Source: Desulfatiglandales bacterium (GTDB lineage: Bacteria > Desulfobacterota > DSM-4660 > Desulfatiglandales > Desulfatiglandaceae). Taken from it: DNA of 64,000 bases. The translations under genes were made by a program, and so were the position numbers. The DNA lies in assembly GCA_963666345.1 (NCBI GenBank), contig OY762721.1:1632001-1696000 (forward strand), given 5' to 3'. This document shows positions 51,065 through 61,113 of the stretch, piece after piece. The stretch's first letter is position 1. Each line of letters opens with the position of its first letter. The notes below the pieces were generated by a model. The model saw only the letters and a list, made by a program, of their open reading frames with translations, did not search any database and was not told where the DNA came from.

Positions 51065-51246
51065 GGCGTAGGGGCTCTTTTTGGAGACCTTATCTCACAA
51101 AAAATACCACAGGCGCTTGCAGTTGGCCGCAGACTGGGCTTTCTTCCCCGCTACCCTATCAGATAAGGTTACATCTGCAAAAGCCCGTGGATGCGGCCAC
51201 TCCTCCGTAAGAAATAGATAAGGCCGGAGAAAAGAGTCCCTGCGCC
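51065..51246 (+). ncRNA. Candidate structured RNA core, copy 3
   Basis: Near-identical to copy 2. Confidence 0.6.
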
Positions 51247-51489
51247 GGAGCGGCAGCCGAATGAACGTGCAGGGTTATTTGTTACTGGTTATACGGAAAA
51301 ACAGGAAACACATCATCCAGCCGGTTATTTAACATCTGTGCCCGCCGGCGCCTGAGCGATCAAAGGCAAGGCAGCCCTTCGCTTCAACTCAGGGTCATGA
51401 GCATGTCGAACGGCGGATGATGCCTTGATGGTGAATAATGAGTTCATTTGGCCATTTGACAAAAAGTACCAACAGGAGTAATAGATTAA

Positions 51490-51578
51490 ACATTGGGGGA
51501 GCCGGTGGATATCGGCTGAGAGGGGGCTTAAAGCCCCGACCCATGGAACCTGATCCGGGTCATGCCGGCGTAGGGAGG
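51490..51578 (+). promoter_or_regulatory. TPP riboswitch
   Basis: GGGGAGC...CTGAGA...ACCC...GAACCTGATCCGGGTCATGCCGGCGTAGGGA; downstream TTCCCTCCTCC can sequester the GGAGGGGG RBS. Confidence 0.95.
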
Positions 51579-51641
51579 AAATTCCGCTTTTATTGCTTTT
51601 CCATTCCCTCCTCCGGTCTGTTCCCTTCAGGAGGGGGAAAA

Positions 51642-52382
51642 ATGCTTTCCATTTCAAATCTTTCAAAACGCTTCGAAGACCTTGTAGTGCTTGACGATTT
51701 CAGCCTCCAAGTTCCCAGAAACGGATTCACCGTCCTTATCGGCCCTTCAGGCTGCGGTAAAAGCACCCTTTTTGACGTTCTTACAGGGGTTGAAGAAAAG
51801 GACAAGGGAGACATCTCATGGCTGGGGAAACAGATGCCTGACCTGAGCAGAAAGGCTGCCTATATGCAGCAGAATGATCTGCTCCTTCCCTGGCTCTCTC
51901 TCGTTGAAAATTCCCTCCTGCCCGCGAAGATAGCCGGAACAGACAGGCGGGAGGCGAAAAAACAGGCGGATGCCCTGTTTGAAAGACTCGGACTTCAAGG
52001 ATTTGAAGACTATCTCCCGGCAAAGGTATCAGGCGGAATGCGTCAGCGCTGCGCGCTCGTCAGGACCATAATGTTTGAACAGGAGCTGGTCCTGCTGGAT
52101 GAACCCCTTTCAGCCCTTGACGCCATCACCAGGAGAAGCCTGCAATCCCTTCTACTGCTGCTTCAGAGCGAATTCAAAAAGAGTCTCCTCATGATCACCC
52201 ACGATGTGGAAGAAGCACTGCTGGTTGCAGATGAGCTGATCGTTCTGACCTCTTCGCCCATGGGCATCCATGAAAAGATCAGGATACCGGACCGGAAGCC
52301 CAGATCGGCAAGCGACCCTAAGCTCATAAAATTGAAAGAGGAAATTCTTGAAAGGCTGCAGGAGGATCCCGAAATTGATTAG
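51642..52382 (+). CDS. ABC transporter ATP-binding protein (ThiZ-like, thiamine/HMP precursor uptake)
   Basis: GPSGCGKST, VSGGMRQR, LLDEPLSALD; ATG 51642 behind RBS. Confidence 0.92.
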   Translation: MLSISNLSKRFEDLVVLDDFSLQVPRNGFTVLIGPSGCGKSTLFDVLTGVEEKDKGDISWLGKQMPDLSRKAAYMQQNDLLLPWLSLVENSLLPAKIAGTDRREAKKQADALFERLGLQGFEDYLPAKVSGGMRQRCALVRTIMFEQELVLLDEPLSALDAITRRSLQSLLLLLQSEFKKSLLMITHDVEEALLVADELIVLTSSPMGIHEKIRIPDRKPRSASDPKLIKLKEEILERLQEDPEID

Positions 52383-53112
52383 GCCCGGCTATATCTCACT
52401 ATTTGTGGTTATAATCCTGCTTGCCGCCTGGGATATCCTTTGCAGGGTCTTCCATATTCCGGACTTTATCCTGCCGGCACCTTCGGAAATCTTCAAGGTA
52501 GCGCTGTTTCAGGCACCCCTGCTCCTGCCCCACGCATTGGTAACCGGGTTGGAGATCATTCTTGGAATTGCGATATCCCTCGCAATAGCCTTACCCCTTT
52601 CCACATTGATGTTCGCCCATTCATCCATAGAGAAGGCCTTATCGCCTTTCCTGGTTGCATCCCAGGCGGTCCCTGTATTTGCCCTTGCCCCTCTTCTGGT
52701 GGTCTGGCTGGGTTACGGAATCGCAAGCAAGGTCATAATGGCGGCTGTAATCATCTTTTTCCCGATCACTGTAAACCTGCTGGAGGGATTCAAAGACTGC
52801 GGGTCGGAATACAGGTTTCTCTTTAAATTGATGGGGGCAAATTTCTGGAAAAGGCTCAGGCTGCTTCACTGGCCCTGGGCCCTTCCCTATTTCTTTGCAG
52901 GGCTCAGGGTGGGCGTCTCGGTGGCCACTATCGGCGCCGTGATCGGTGAATGGGTAGGTGCCCAGAAAGGCCTTGGCTATCTTATGATTCAGGCAAACGC
53001 CAGGCTCAAGGTGGATCTCGTCTTCGCAGCGATTCTATGGCTGTCTCTGATGGGTCTCGGCATGTGGCGAATGGTAGGTTTTCTTGAAAAAAGGGTAATT
53101 CATTGGAAATAA
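52375..53112 (+). CDS. ABC transporter permease (ThiX-like)
   Basis: ILPAPSE, ALPYFFAGLR, GAVIGEW, GLGY. Confidence 0.92.
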   Translation: MIRPGYISLFVVIILLAAWDILCRVFHIPDFILPAPSEIFKVALFQAPLLLPHALVTGLEIILGIAISLAIALPLSTLMFAHSSIEKALSPFLVASQAVPVFALAPLLVVWLGYGIASKVIMAAVIIFFPITVNLLEGFKDCGSEYRFLFKLMGANFWKRLRLLHWPWALPYFFAGLRVGVSVATIGAVIGEWVGAQKGLGYLMIQANARLKVDLVFAAILWLSLMGLGMWRMVGFLEKRVIHWK

Positions 53113-53127
53113 AATGGGGAAAAATTC

Positions 53128-54072
53128 ATGAAAAGATTTTCGTTGATACTTTTTACACTTATGGTAATTTCTTGGCCGGCCGCCCCGCTTCGGGCGGAAG
53201 TAAAGATAACCCTGCTGCTCGACTGGTTTCCCAATGTGGATCATCTGCCCATTTATATTGCAAAGCAGAGGGGGTTCTTTTCGGAAAAAGGCCTGAAAGT
53301 GGAGATAATAAGCCCGTCCGAAACCTCTGACGCGCTTAAGCTGAGCGCGTCCGGCAACGTTGACATTGCAGTTGCCTATGAACCTCAGACACTCGTCGGC
53401 GCCTCAAGAGGCCTGGGAATAAAGGTGATAGGGAGGCTTGTCGGTCATCCCCTCACGACTCTGCTTTTCCTGGACGGAAAGGGGATTGAAAGGCCTTCCG
53501 ATCTTGAAGGCAAAAGGATAGGATATACCGTCCCCGGCATGATGGATATTCTCACAGAGGCCTTTACCAAGATCAACGGAATCAAGGAATATACCCCGGT
53601 GAATGTCGGCTTCGCCATTGTCCAGTCCCTGACCGCAGGAAAAATCGACGCCATAATGGGAGCCTACAAGAACTATGAAACCGTCGAGCTGGAGCAAAGG
53701 GGTTATAAGGCAAAATTCTTTGCCCTTGAAAAATGGGGCATCCCCGACTATGACGAACTGGTCTTTATAAGCGGCTCAAAGGCCATAAATGGAAAGGCCC
53801 GATCCCTCAGGGCCTTCTCCGAGGCGGTCGGCAAGGCTATTTCAGAAACCAGGGCACACCCTGAAAAGGCCTTGAAGGAATATTTCAAGGCCTTGCCCGA
53901 GGCACCTAAGGAAATGGAATCCGAGGCCTTCAAAAGGACCCTGCCCCTCTACGCCGAAACCCAGGAACATGACAGCGATGCCTGGCAAAAGTTTGCCGAT
54001 TTTGCCTTCACATACGGGCTCATAGAAAAAGAGGTGGATGTGGAAGGCATCCTGCATGACTGGGGCAAGTGA
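53128..54072 (+). CDS. NMT1/THI5-family substrate-binding protein (ThiY-like)
   Basis: Signal peptide, LDWFPNVDH, GIPDYDELV; TPP riboswitch upstream. Confidence 0.92.
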   Translation: MKRFSLILFTLMVISWPAAPLRAEVKITLLLDWFPNVDHLPIYIAKQRGFFSEKGLKVEIISPSETSDALKLSASGNVDIAVAYEPQTLVGASRGLGIKVIGRLVGHPLTTLLFLDGKGIERPSDLEGKRIGYTVPGMMDILTEAFTKINGIKEYTPVNVGFAIVQSLTAGKIDAIMGAYKNYETVELEQRGYKAKFFALEKWGIPDYDELVFISGSKAINGKARSLRAFSEAVGKAISETRAHPEKALKEYFKALPEAPKEMESEAFKRTLPLYAETQEHDSDAWQKFADFAFTYGLIEKEVDVEGILHDWGK

Positions 54073-54193
54073 CATGTTTTTCCCTGACAAGACGGCAGAA
54101 GATATGATATCAACTATAACAACTTTATAAAAAGGCCGACTGTCACGCCCCGGGCGGGGATTATGTCTTATATTTTGTTCCGCCGAACGGCGG

Positions 54194-54352
54194 GGCAAAA
54201 CCCGGGAACCCGCTCTGAGCTTGTCGAAGGGTGGGACCGAGTGCAGTTAAGAAGATCAGGGGATTACGAGTAGGCGTAGTGGACTACGCCGCACAAGTGA
54301 CCCCGCAGATTGACGCAGAGATTGTGAAAAAAACCATTTATGGATGGAAACC
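54194..54352. repeat. Dispersed REP/MITE-like element
   Basis: AAACCCGGGAACCCGC motif shared with 22898, 40620 (rc), 63547; hairpin GGCGTAGT-gg-ACTACGCC; end CCATTTATGGATGGAAAC matches the 40441 terminus (rc). Confidence 0.65.
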
Positions 54353-54367
54353 AACCAAGGGCATCAA

Positions 54368-57300
54368 ATGGTAAGGAAGACAATCGCCTATCTCCTGGTC
54401 GGGCTGTTAACCTTTTGTCTGATGTATTTTGTCTCCACCAGGACAAAGCTTCTCTCCGGCCTGGAACGCAAACTTCTGGACGGACTCTTCTATCTCAGGG
54501 AACCAGCCTTCGATGAAATAAACCCTTTTGTATCCGAAAGAGTACAACTCCTCGGCTTTGACGAGGATTCCATCGCCCTGATCGGCAAGTGGCCCTGGAA
54601 GCGCTATGTTCACGCAAGATTTCTCAGAAAGCTGCAGAGATTCTCTCCTGAGACGGTCCTCTTTGATGTCATCTTTGCCAAACCGGAGTCTTTGCCCCAA
54701 TTTATATCGGACAAACTCGACCTGGACCCGGAATCCAGAGATAGGCTTCAAAAGGCCTTTGAAGAGATGGACAATGAGTTTGCCGAGGCCCTTTCAGAAT
54801 ATGACAATGTCTACCTTGATCTGCAGCTCATTGAAAACCCGCGCGAAACCCTTCCGGAGGATTTCCAGAAACGTATCCAAGTTAATGAAGAAATCCTTTT
54901 AAAAGGGGCACTGCCTGCCGACTCCGTTTTAAGCCCTGTTGCATTCCGCTCCCTTGAGCCCGTATTAGAGAGTTACATAAAAAATTCCAACCCTGCCGTG
55001 ATAAACGTACTGCGTGATACGGACGGAGTTATACGTTTTTTCCCATGTTATTTTACCTACCACGCAAGGGATGGAAGATCCGGGAACCTCCTCAGCGTGG
55101 TCATGTCACTTGCCAGGGAATTCTACCACGTCGACAAAAAGGACATACATCTGGGGCCTCAAGGTATTTTATTCAAATCAGCCAAAGTTCCTATGCTCAA
55201 TAAATACACCCATCAACCGAAAACCTACCTGAAGGACTTTCACAAAATCTCACGCATGATAAAAAACCCGGGTTTTCCGGAAAGTTACAGATACAACCGG
55301 AACCTTTACAACCTCATGGTCAATCAGGGCCTTAAGGGCCTGTCAGGAAGCCAGAGAACCCCTGACTTCCCCCTTCACATACTTGAAAATAGAGACGGGA
55401 CACTGGAAATATTGGATAACTGGGAGGTTTTCGATGCCGCGAAAAGGATAAATTCCGGGAAGATAGCGGCAATAGTATACAAAAAACAGGATCTGGAGAT
55501 AAAAACCCCCCTGGGAAGTTTTTTCTACATAAACTATGCTGGAAAGGAATCAAAATATTTCCGTGATCCGAATATCGGTAAAATGAGATTTCACAGGCCC
55601 ATACCCACCGGAAGTTACAAGGACGTATACCTGCTCGACGATATTCCGGACATCCCGGAACTCGATGAAAAAGGCGATATAAAGGCCTCCTATGACATCA
55701 GCCTTCTTGAAGAGTGGTTTTATGACCTCTGTGAAAAAAAGGCGGAGGAGATTTATCTTCAGGCTCAAAAGGACCTAGGTCGGGGAATCGAAGATGACAT
55801 ACGCCTTCAGGAATATATGAGGAAGTATCCTCACAAGGGAAGATATTTTTTTTACTATTATTTCCTGCTCAATAATAAAACAGGTCCTGGAATGCTGAGG
55901 GATCTGTTTGGAATATATCCACAATTCGGGCGGCAGATAGGACAGTCGCCAGATAATTTTCTCAGTGAAAATCAGGTCCTGAACTCCTTAATGGACCAGT
56001 ATGCAGAACAGTTTGACAAGTATCACAACAAGTTTATCTTTGCCGGCACAATTGCCACAGGCATAGGCGATGTGCAACAGACCCCTTACGCCAACATGTT
56101 CGGTATAAACGTAATCATAAATGCCTTTAATACGATCATAACCGGTAACAGCCTCAAAATGAGCTGGGACATAAAATATCTGGATTTTATGCTGCTGCTG
56201 GCGGTTTCCATCCTCTGTTCTCTTATTTATGGTTCTACAAATATAAGGTTAAGCAGTTTCATCTTCATCCTTCTGTTTTTCGGGATCTTTATCAGCAGTT
56301 TTATCGTCTTTAACACCTACAGCCTCTACCTCAAGACCACACCCCTGGTGATATCCAATGTTGTCATTTTCGTCAGCATGGTGATGTTCAAACTTCTCAC
56401 AGAGGAAAAGGACAAAAAATTCCTCAAGGCCACCTTCAAGAACTACCTCTCCCCGGAACTTATCGAAGACATGCATAGTTCGAAGACCATGCCGAAACTG
56501 GGGGGGGAGGCAAAAACCATAACGGCATTTTTCACCGATATCCAAGGCTTTTCCACCTTTTCGGAAAAACTTACGGCTGAACAGCTGGTCGAGCTCCTCA
56601 ATGAATATCTATCCGCCATGACCGACATATTGATAGACGAGAAAGGCACCCTGGATAAATATGAAGGAGACGCTATTGTGGCCTTTTTCGGTGCCCCCAT
56701 GGATCTTCCGGACCATGCCCTCAGGGCGTGCAGGGTGGCCTTGGGCATGCAGCAAAAGCTCCTTGAATTAAGGGAAAAGTGGGGGGCTGAGAAGCAGGAA
56801 GAGGATCAGGATGAACGGAATGCCTCACACCTGCCTCCTGAACAGTGGCGGCCCGGAGACAAATGGCCCGTCTGCGTCCATGAAATGAGGATGAGGATTG
56901 GAATAAACACCGGCGGGATTGTGGTGGGAAACATGGGAAGCGCCATGAGAATGAATTATACCATGATGGGCGATTCCGTTAACCTTGCTGCACGTCTGGA
57001 GGCCGCAGGCAAACAGTACGGAGTCTATATACTGGTAAGCCAGTACACGCTGGAGCAGGAATTCAGGGATGTTGAAGGCAAAAAAAGGCGCATAATGGAT
57101 GCGGTTGAAACACGGCTGATAGACAACATAACAGTGGTGGGAAGATCAATGCCGGTGAAAGTCTATGAAATCTGCGCCATGAAAGGCGAACTCTCCGATA
57201 AGGAAAGGGAGCTTTTCCGCCTGTTTGATGAAGGCTTGAGCTATTACCTGGCCATGGAGTGGGAAAAGGCCATGGGAAAATTTAAGGAGGCAAATGGGGT

Positions 57301-57430
57301 GGAACGTTTTCCAGACGCCGGAATAAATCCCTCAAGGGTCTATATTGAAAGATGCGAACTGTTTCAGGATACCCCCCCCGTACCACCTGGTGAGATATGG
57401 GACGGGGTGTTCCGCCTGACGATGAAATAG
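54368..57430 (+). CDS. CHASE2-domain class III adenylate/guanylate cyclase
   Basis: GKWPWKR, DTDGVIR, 3 TMs, FTDIQGFS, KYEGDA, GINTG, GDSVNLAARLE, C-terminal WDGVF. Confidence 0.92.
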   Translation: MVRKTIAYLLVGLLTFCLMYFVSTRTKLLSGLERKLLDGLFYLREPAFDEINPFVSERVQLLGFDEDSIALIGKWPWKRYVHARFLRKLQRFSPETVLFDVIFAKPESLPQFISDKLDLDPESRDRLQKAFEEMDNEFAEALSEYDNVYLDLQLIENPRETLPEDFQKRIQVNEEILLKGALPADSVLSPVAFRSLEPVLESYIKNSNPAVINVLRDTDGVIRFFPCYFTYHARDGRSGNLLSVVMSLAREFYHVDKKDIHLGPQGILFKSAKVPMLNKYTHQPKTYLKDFHKISRMIKNPGFPESYRYNRNLYNLMVNQGLKGLSGSQRTPDFPLHILENRDGTLEILDNWEVFDAAKRINSGKIAAIVYKKQDLEIKTPLGSFFYINYAGKESKYFRDPNIGKMRFHRPIPTGSYKDVYLLDDIPDIPELDEKGDIKASYDISLLEEWFYDLCEKKAEEIYLQAQKDLGRGIEDDIRLQEYMRKYPHKGRYFFYYYFLLNNKTGPGMLRDLFGIYPQFGRQIGQSPDNFLSENQVLNSLMDQYAEQFDKYHNKFIFAGTIATGIGDVQQTPYANMFGINVIINAFNTIITGNSLKMSWDIKYLDFMLLLAVSILCSLIYGSTNIRLSSFIFILLFFGIFISSFIVFNTYSLYLKTTPLVISNVVIFVSMVMFKLLTEEKDKKFLKATFKNYLSPELIEDMHSSKTMPKLGGEAKTITAFFTDIQGFSTFSEKLTAEQLVELLNEYLSAMTDILIDEKGTLDKYEGDAIVAFFGAPMDLPDHALRACRVALGMQQKLLELREKWGAEKQEEDQDERNASHLPPEQWRPGDKWPVCVHEMRMRIGINTGGIVVGNMGSAMRMNYTMMGDSVNLAARLEAAGKQYGVYILVSQYTLEQEFRDVEGKKRRIMDAVETRLIDNITVVGRSMPVKVYEICAMKGELSDKERELFRLFDEGLSYYLAMEWEKAMGKFKEANGVERFPDAGINPSRVYIERCELFQDTPPVPPGEIWDGVFRLTMK

Positions 57431-57522
57431 GATATTAATAATCTCGACATGAAGCGCCCTAAGGCCTAAACCGCCAAGCCGTGAAGGGTATTCACCCCGC
57501 CGACCGGTTCTCACAGGAAAGG

Positions 57523-58335
57523 TCACACCTTATAGACAAACAGGTAGTAGAGGAGTTTTTGATATTCATAAAAAACTTCCTTGGCATAAGCCCTGTTTTT
57601 CCACCAGGTCTTGGGGTCAAAACCGGAATATTCAGAGGCCACCATCATTATATCAATACCCGATTTTTCAAATATTTTTTTATAGGTAATCCAGGCACGC
57701 CTGGTATGGGTAGGGGAGGTTACGACAATAAGGCTCCTGTAACCCATCTCAAGGGCGAATGTCCTCACCCTTTTGGCCTCTTCAAAGGTACTGCCGACAG
57801 GACTCCCGGAGCTCATAACGGCCTTTTCAGAAACTCCGAGATCTATCAGCAGATCGGTCAGGACTTCTCCGGTCCCGGGAAAATCCATACCTCTTTCCCT
57901 CAGTTCGTCCGCGCCATCTGCAGGTGTTTCCTTGGCGATAAATATCCTTGAGCAGAATCCGCTATCGTATATATCGACCGCGGCAAGGCCTCGCTCAACC
58001 GGTTTTCCCATCAGGCAGGCCATGAGATCCGCCTGCTTGACCGGGTGAGAGACCACAAGATAGGCACCTATCCGCTCGAGTATCGGCGCGTGGTAATATG
58101 AAAGTGCTACATATATGAATACCAGGGCCAGTATCGCCCACTTAAGGAGTCCGACCTTACTCAAACCGCTTCCTTCAGGTTCAATCGGCCTGTTTGACAC
58201 CTCCCGCCCTGTTTCCACCGTGACCCTGTCGTTTTGAGGAATCCTCCGGCCGGGCACATTGAACGGACCTGAAACCGGCCCCCGGCCATCCTCCTTATCC
58301 CGTGTCCTGCCAGAATCAAACCATGAAAATTTCAT
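57523..58335 (-). CDS. YdcF/ElyC (DUF218) family protein
   Basis: TM, STFEEA, VTSPTHTRRA, EYQK. Confidence 0.85.
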   Translation of the reverse strand: MKFSWFDSGRTRDKEDGRGPVSGPFNVPGRRIPQNDRVTVETGREVSNRPIEPEGSGLSKVGLLKWAILALVFIYVALSYYHAPILERIGAYLVVSHPVKQADLMACLMGKPVERGLAAVDIYDSGFCSRIFIAKETPADGADELRERGMDFPGTGEVLTDLLIDLGVSEKAVMSSGSPVGSTFEEAKRVRTFALEMGYRSLIVVTSPTHTRRAWITYKKIFEKSGIDIMMVASEYSGFDPKTWWKNRAYAKEVFYEYQKLLYYLFVYKV

Positions 58336-58423
58336 CACAGCCCTCTTTGCCCATGGTTACACGCCACCTTAACCGGATACCGCCCGATGTAAGGCTATTA
58401 TTGCGGATGCTTTTGGAAAGGTC

Positions 58424-58873
58424 TTAAAATCTTTTCTCACTGTCAAGCATAAGAGTTACCGGGCCTTCGTTGACAAGGTAGACATTCATGTTCTCCTGAA
58501 AGACGCCTGTGGCTACCCTGATGCCCTTTTGCCTCAGCTTTCCTATAAAAAGCTCATAGAGAAGTTTCGCCCGTTCAGGCTGAGCCGCCCTCGTAAATGA
58601 AGGTCTCCTTCCCTTTCTGCAGTCTCCCCACAGGGTGAACTGGGAAACGACCATTGCCTCTCCCGATATGTCGACCAGGGACATATTCATGAGATCCGCC
58701 GAGTCAGGGAAGATCCTGAGGTGAATTATCTTGTTGGCAAGAAATTCACAGTCCATTTCTTTATCATCCTCTCCAACTCCGAGCAATATGAGCAACCCTT
58801 TGTCTATCGCGCCCACCATACTGCCCTTGACTTCCACTCTACACTCTTTTACCCTCTGAATCAAAGCTCTCAT
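58424..58873 (-). CDS. dtd: D-aminoacyl-tRNA deacylase
   Basis: MRALIQRV, SQFTL, KGRRPSF, NEGPVT. Confidence 0.97.
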   Translation of the reverse strand: MRALIQRVKECRVEVKGSMVGAIDKGLLILLGVGEDDKEMDCEFLANKIIHLRIFPDSADLMNMSLVDISGEAMVVSQFTLWGDCRKGRRPSFTRAAQPERAKLLYELFIGKLRQKGIRVATGVFQENMNVYLVNEGPVTLMLDSEKRF

Positions 58874-58951
58874 GAAACGATTCCTTATTTTTCCGTTATC
58901 CCTGTTAAGACCCCGGTTATCAAGCCCTTTCGCGGCGGACGCTATTCAGTC

Positions 58952-60304
58952 ATGAAACATGATATTATTCTTATAAATCCCTGGATTTACGATTTTGCGG
59001 CCTATGATCTATGGTCAAAACCCCTGGGGCTTCTTTACATAGCCGGTAGACTGAGAAAAAGCGGTTTCGGCGTTCACTTCATTGACTGCATGGAGATTGA
59101 ACACCCCGGCATGAAAAATAAAGAAAGCGGAAAAAGCCCGGTCAGACGCAGGTACGGAACCGGCAAATTCTGGCGGCAAAAGATTGCCACCCCGGAGCCA
59201 TTGAGGCATCTTAGCAGACCCTACAGCCGCTACGGCCTGTCTCCCTCCATCGTCGCCGAGGAGCTCAGGAAGGTCGAAAGACCTTCCGCCATTCTGGTTA
59301 CCTCTCTTATGACCTACTGGTATCCCGGAGCAGCTGATGTCATAAGTCTTGTCAGAGATATCCACCCGAAGGTTCCTGTAATCCTGGGTGGGATCTATGC
59401 CAGACTTTGCCGGGAACATGCGGAAAAATTTTCAGGCGCGGATCATGTTGTCGCAAAAAAAGATTTTTCCGCACTGCTCAAGGTGTTTGAACACCACGGG
59501 ATCAAGGCTCGAACCAAGCCTTCGCCTCATGACACTTTGACCTACCCCGCCTTTGAAATGCTTCGAACCAGGGCCTACGGATGCATTCTCACCTCCAGCG
59601 GTTGTCCCTATAAATGCGCCTACTGCGCCAGTCACTTTCTCGATCCGGAATTCAAAAGAAGAGATCTGGGTGAAGTGCTCAAAGAAATATTGTACTGGCG
59701 CGATCTGTTAGGCGTAAGAGACTTCGCCTTCTATGACGACGCCCTCCTTGTCGATTCAGCAAGGTATCTGGAGGTACTCCTGAAACAGATCAAAGGACTC
59801 CGACTTGACCTTAGATTCCATACCCCTAACGCCCTCCACGCAAGAGAGATTACAGATGGGATAGCAAGGCTCATGTATGAGACCGGATTTCGAACAATAA
59901 GGCTCGGACTTGAAACGGCGGATTTTTCATTCCGCAAAGGCCTGGACAGCAAGATTTCAGAGGGAGAATTCGAAACCGCCGTATCCTGTCTGCTGAGGGC
60001 AGGTTTTAGAAACAACCAGATCGGCGCCTACATCCTGACAGGACTCCCGCATCAATCGGCAGATTCCGTGCTAAATACCATTGAGCTCGTCAAAAGGGCG
60101 GGTGCTGTCCCGTATCTTTCAGAATATTCTCCCATACCGCACACGGCGCTGTGGAACGATGCCGTCGAGTGTTCCAGTTACGATCTGGAATCAGAGCCCC
60201 TTTTTCAGAACAGCACCCTGCTTCCCTGCTGGGATGAAGCAAAGAAAAAAGGACTGCCGTTTATCAAAAAATCGGTTTTAGAGGTTCGGCAAAGATACAG
60301 ATGA
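58952..60304 (+). CDS. Cobalamin-binding-domain radical SAM protein
   Basis: PLGLLYIA, ILGGIYA, GCPYKCAYC (CxxxCxxC), FYDD, LGLET. Confidence 0.9.
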   Translation: MKHDIILINPWIYDFAAYDLWSKPLGLLYIAGRLRKSGFGVHFIDCMEIEHPGMKNKESGKSPVRRRYGTGKFWRQKIATPEPLRHLSRPYSRYGLSPSIVAEELRKVERPSAILVTSLMTYWYPGAADVISLVRDIHPKVPVILGGIYARLCREHAEKFSGADHVVAKKDFSALLKVFEHHGIKARTKPSPHDTLTYPAFEMLRTRAYGCILTSSGCPYKCAYCASHFLDPEFKRRDLGEVLKEILYWRDLLGVRDFAFYDDALLVDSARYLEVLLKQIKGLRLDLRFHTPNALHAREITDGIARLMYETGFRTIRLGLETADFSFRKGLDSKISEGEFETAVSCLLRAGFRNNQIGAYILTGLPHQSADSVLNTIELVKRAGAVPYLSEYSPIPHTALWNDAVECSSYDLESEPLFQNSTLLPCWDEAKKKGLPFIKKSVLEVRQRYR

Positions 60305-60308
60305 CCCC

Positions 60309-61058
60309 TTACAGCCGGTTGATAAGGCTTGCCGCATAGCCCGCGCCGAATCCATTGTCGATATTAACGACAGTAACGCCCGAGGCACACGAATTGAGCA
60401 TCCCCAGTAAGGCCGCCAAACCGTTAAGACTGGCCCCGTAACCCACGCTTGTTGGAACGGCTATTACAGGCCTTTCAACAAGGCCTCCCACCACGCTCGG
60501 CAGTGCCCCTTCCATTCCGGCCACCACAATAATCACAGAGGCATTCATGATCTTTTTTCTATAGGAAAGCAGCCGGTGCAGCCCTGAAACCCCCACATCA
60601 TAAATGCTTTCAGTTTCATTTCCCAAGAACTCAGCCGTTAATCTCGCCTCTTCAGCCACAGGCATATCGGACGTGCCGGCACTGACAACGAGGATCACTC
60701 CCTTGCCCTTTTTTCTTTTCTCTACCGACTCATAGGTGAAGACCTTTGCCCTTTCATGGTAGATCCCTTTAGGGAAGGCGGAAAGCAATTCAGCCGCCTT
60801 ATCCCTGGAAAGCCTTGTTACCAGAATATTTTCCATGTGACTTATCATTCGTTCCATTATGGCGGCTATATCGGCAACAAGCTTGTTCTCTCCAAAGATT
60901 ACCTCTGAGGCGCCATTTCTGAGCGATCGGTGGTGATCAATGCAGGCGAAATCCAGATTTTCAAAAGGAAGCCCCTTGAGTCTTTCAAGACAGTCCTCCA
61001 CACCCAGCCGGCCGTTTCTCAGTTCCTCAAGTAGTGTCCTAAGAATATCCTGATCCAT
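60309..61058 (-). CDS. larB: Nickel pincer cofactor biosynthesis protein LarB (PurE-like)
   Basis: AGTSD, DVGVSG, AGMEGALPS, PTSVGYG, NIDNGFGA. Confidence 0.93.
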   Translation of the reverse strand: MDQDILRTLLEELRNGRLGVEDCLERLKGLPFENLDFACIDHHRSLRNGASEVIFGENKLVADIAAIMERMISHMENILVTRLSRDKAAELLSAFPKGIYHERAKVFTYESVEKRKKGKGVILVVSAGTSDMPVAEEARLTAEFLGNETESIYDVGVSGLHRLLSYRKKIMNASVIIVVAGMEGALPSVVGGLVERPVIAVPTSVGYGASLNGLAALLGMLNSCASGVTVVNIDNGFGAGYAASLINRL

Positions 61059-61113
61059 TAATGTCTTTACCTCGCAAATTTCATCTCATTTCAGCCCTGC
61101 AAAACCGATTTTC

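Larger units (their letters stand above)
50384..51255 (+). repeat. Tandem array of three 293-bp units (plus degenerate start of a fourth to ~51315)
   Basis: Units start at 50384, 50677, 50970; copies 2 and 3 differ by about one base, copy 1 by several substitutions. Confidence 0.97.

Noticed and set aside
50384..51255. CRISPR array
   Set aside because: Units are 293 bp and near-identical end to end; no unique spacers and no cas genes.
51438..51641. 68-aa N-terminal extension of the ABC ATPase
   Set aside because: Overlaps the TPP riboswitch; the RBS points to ATG 51642.
58721..58951. N-terminal extension of the radical SAM ORF
   Set aside because: Antisense to dtd; the domain begins at MKHDIILINP (58952).
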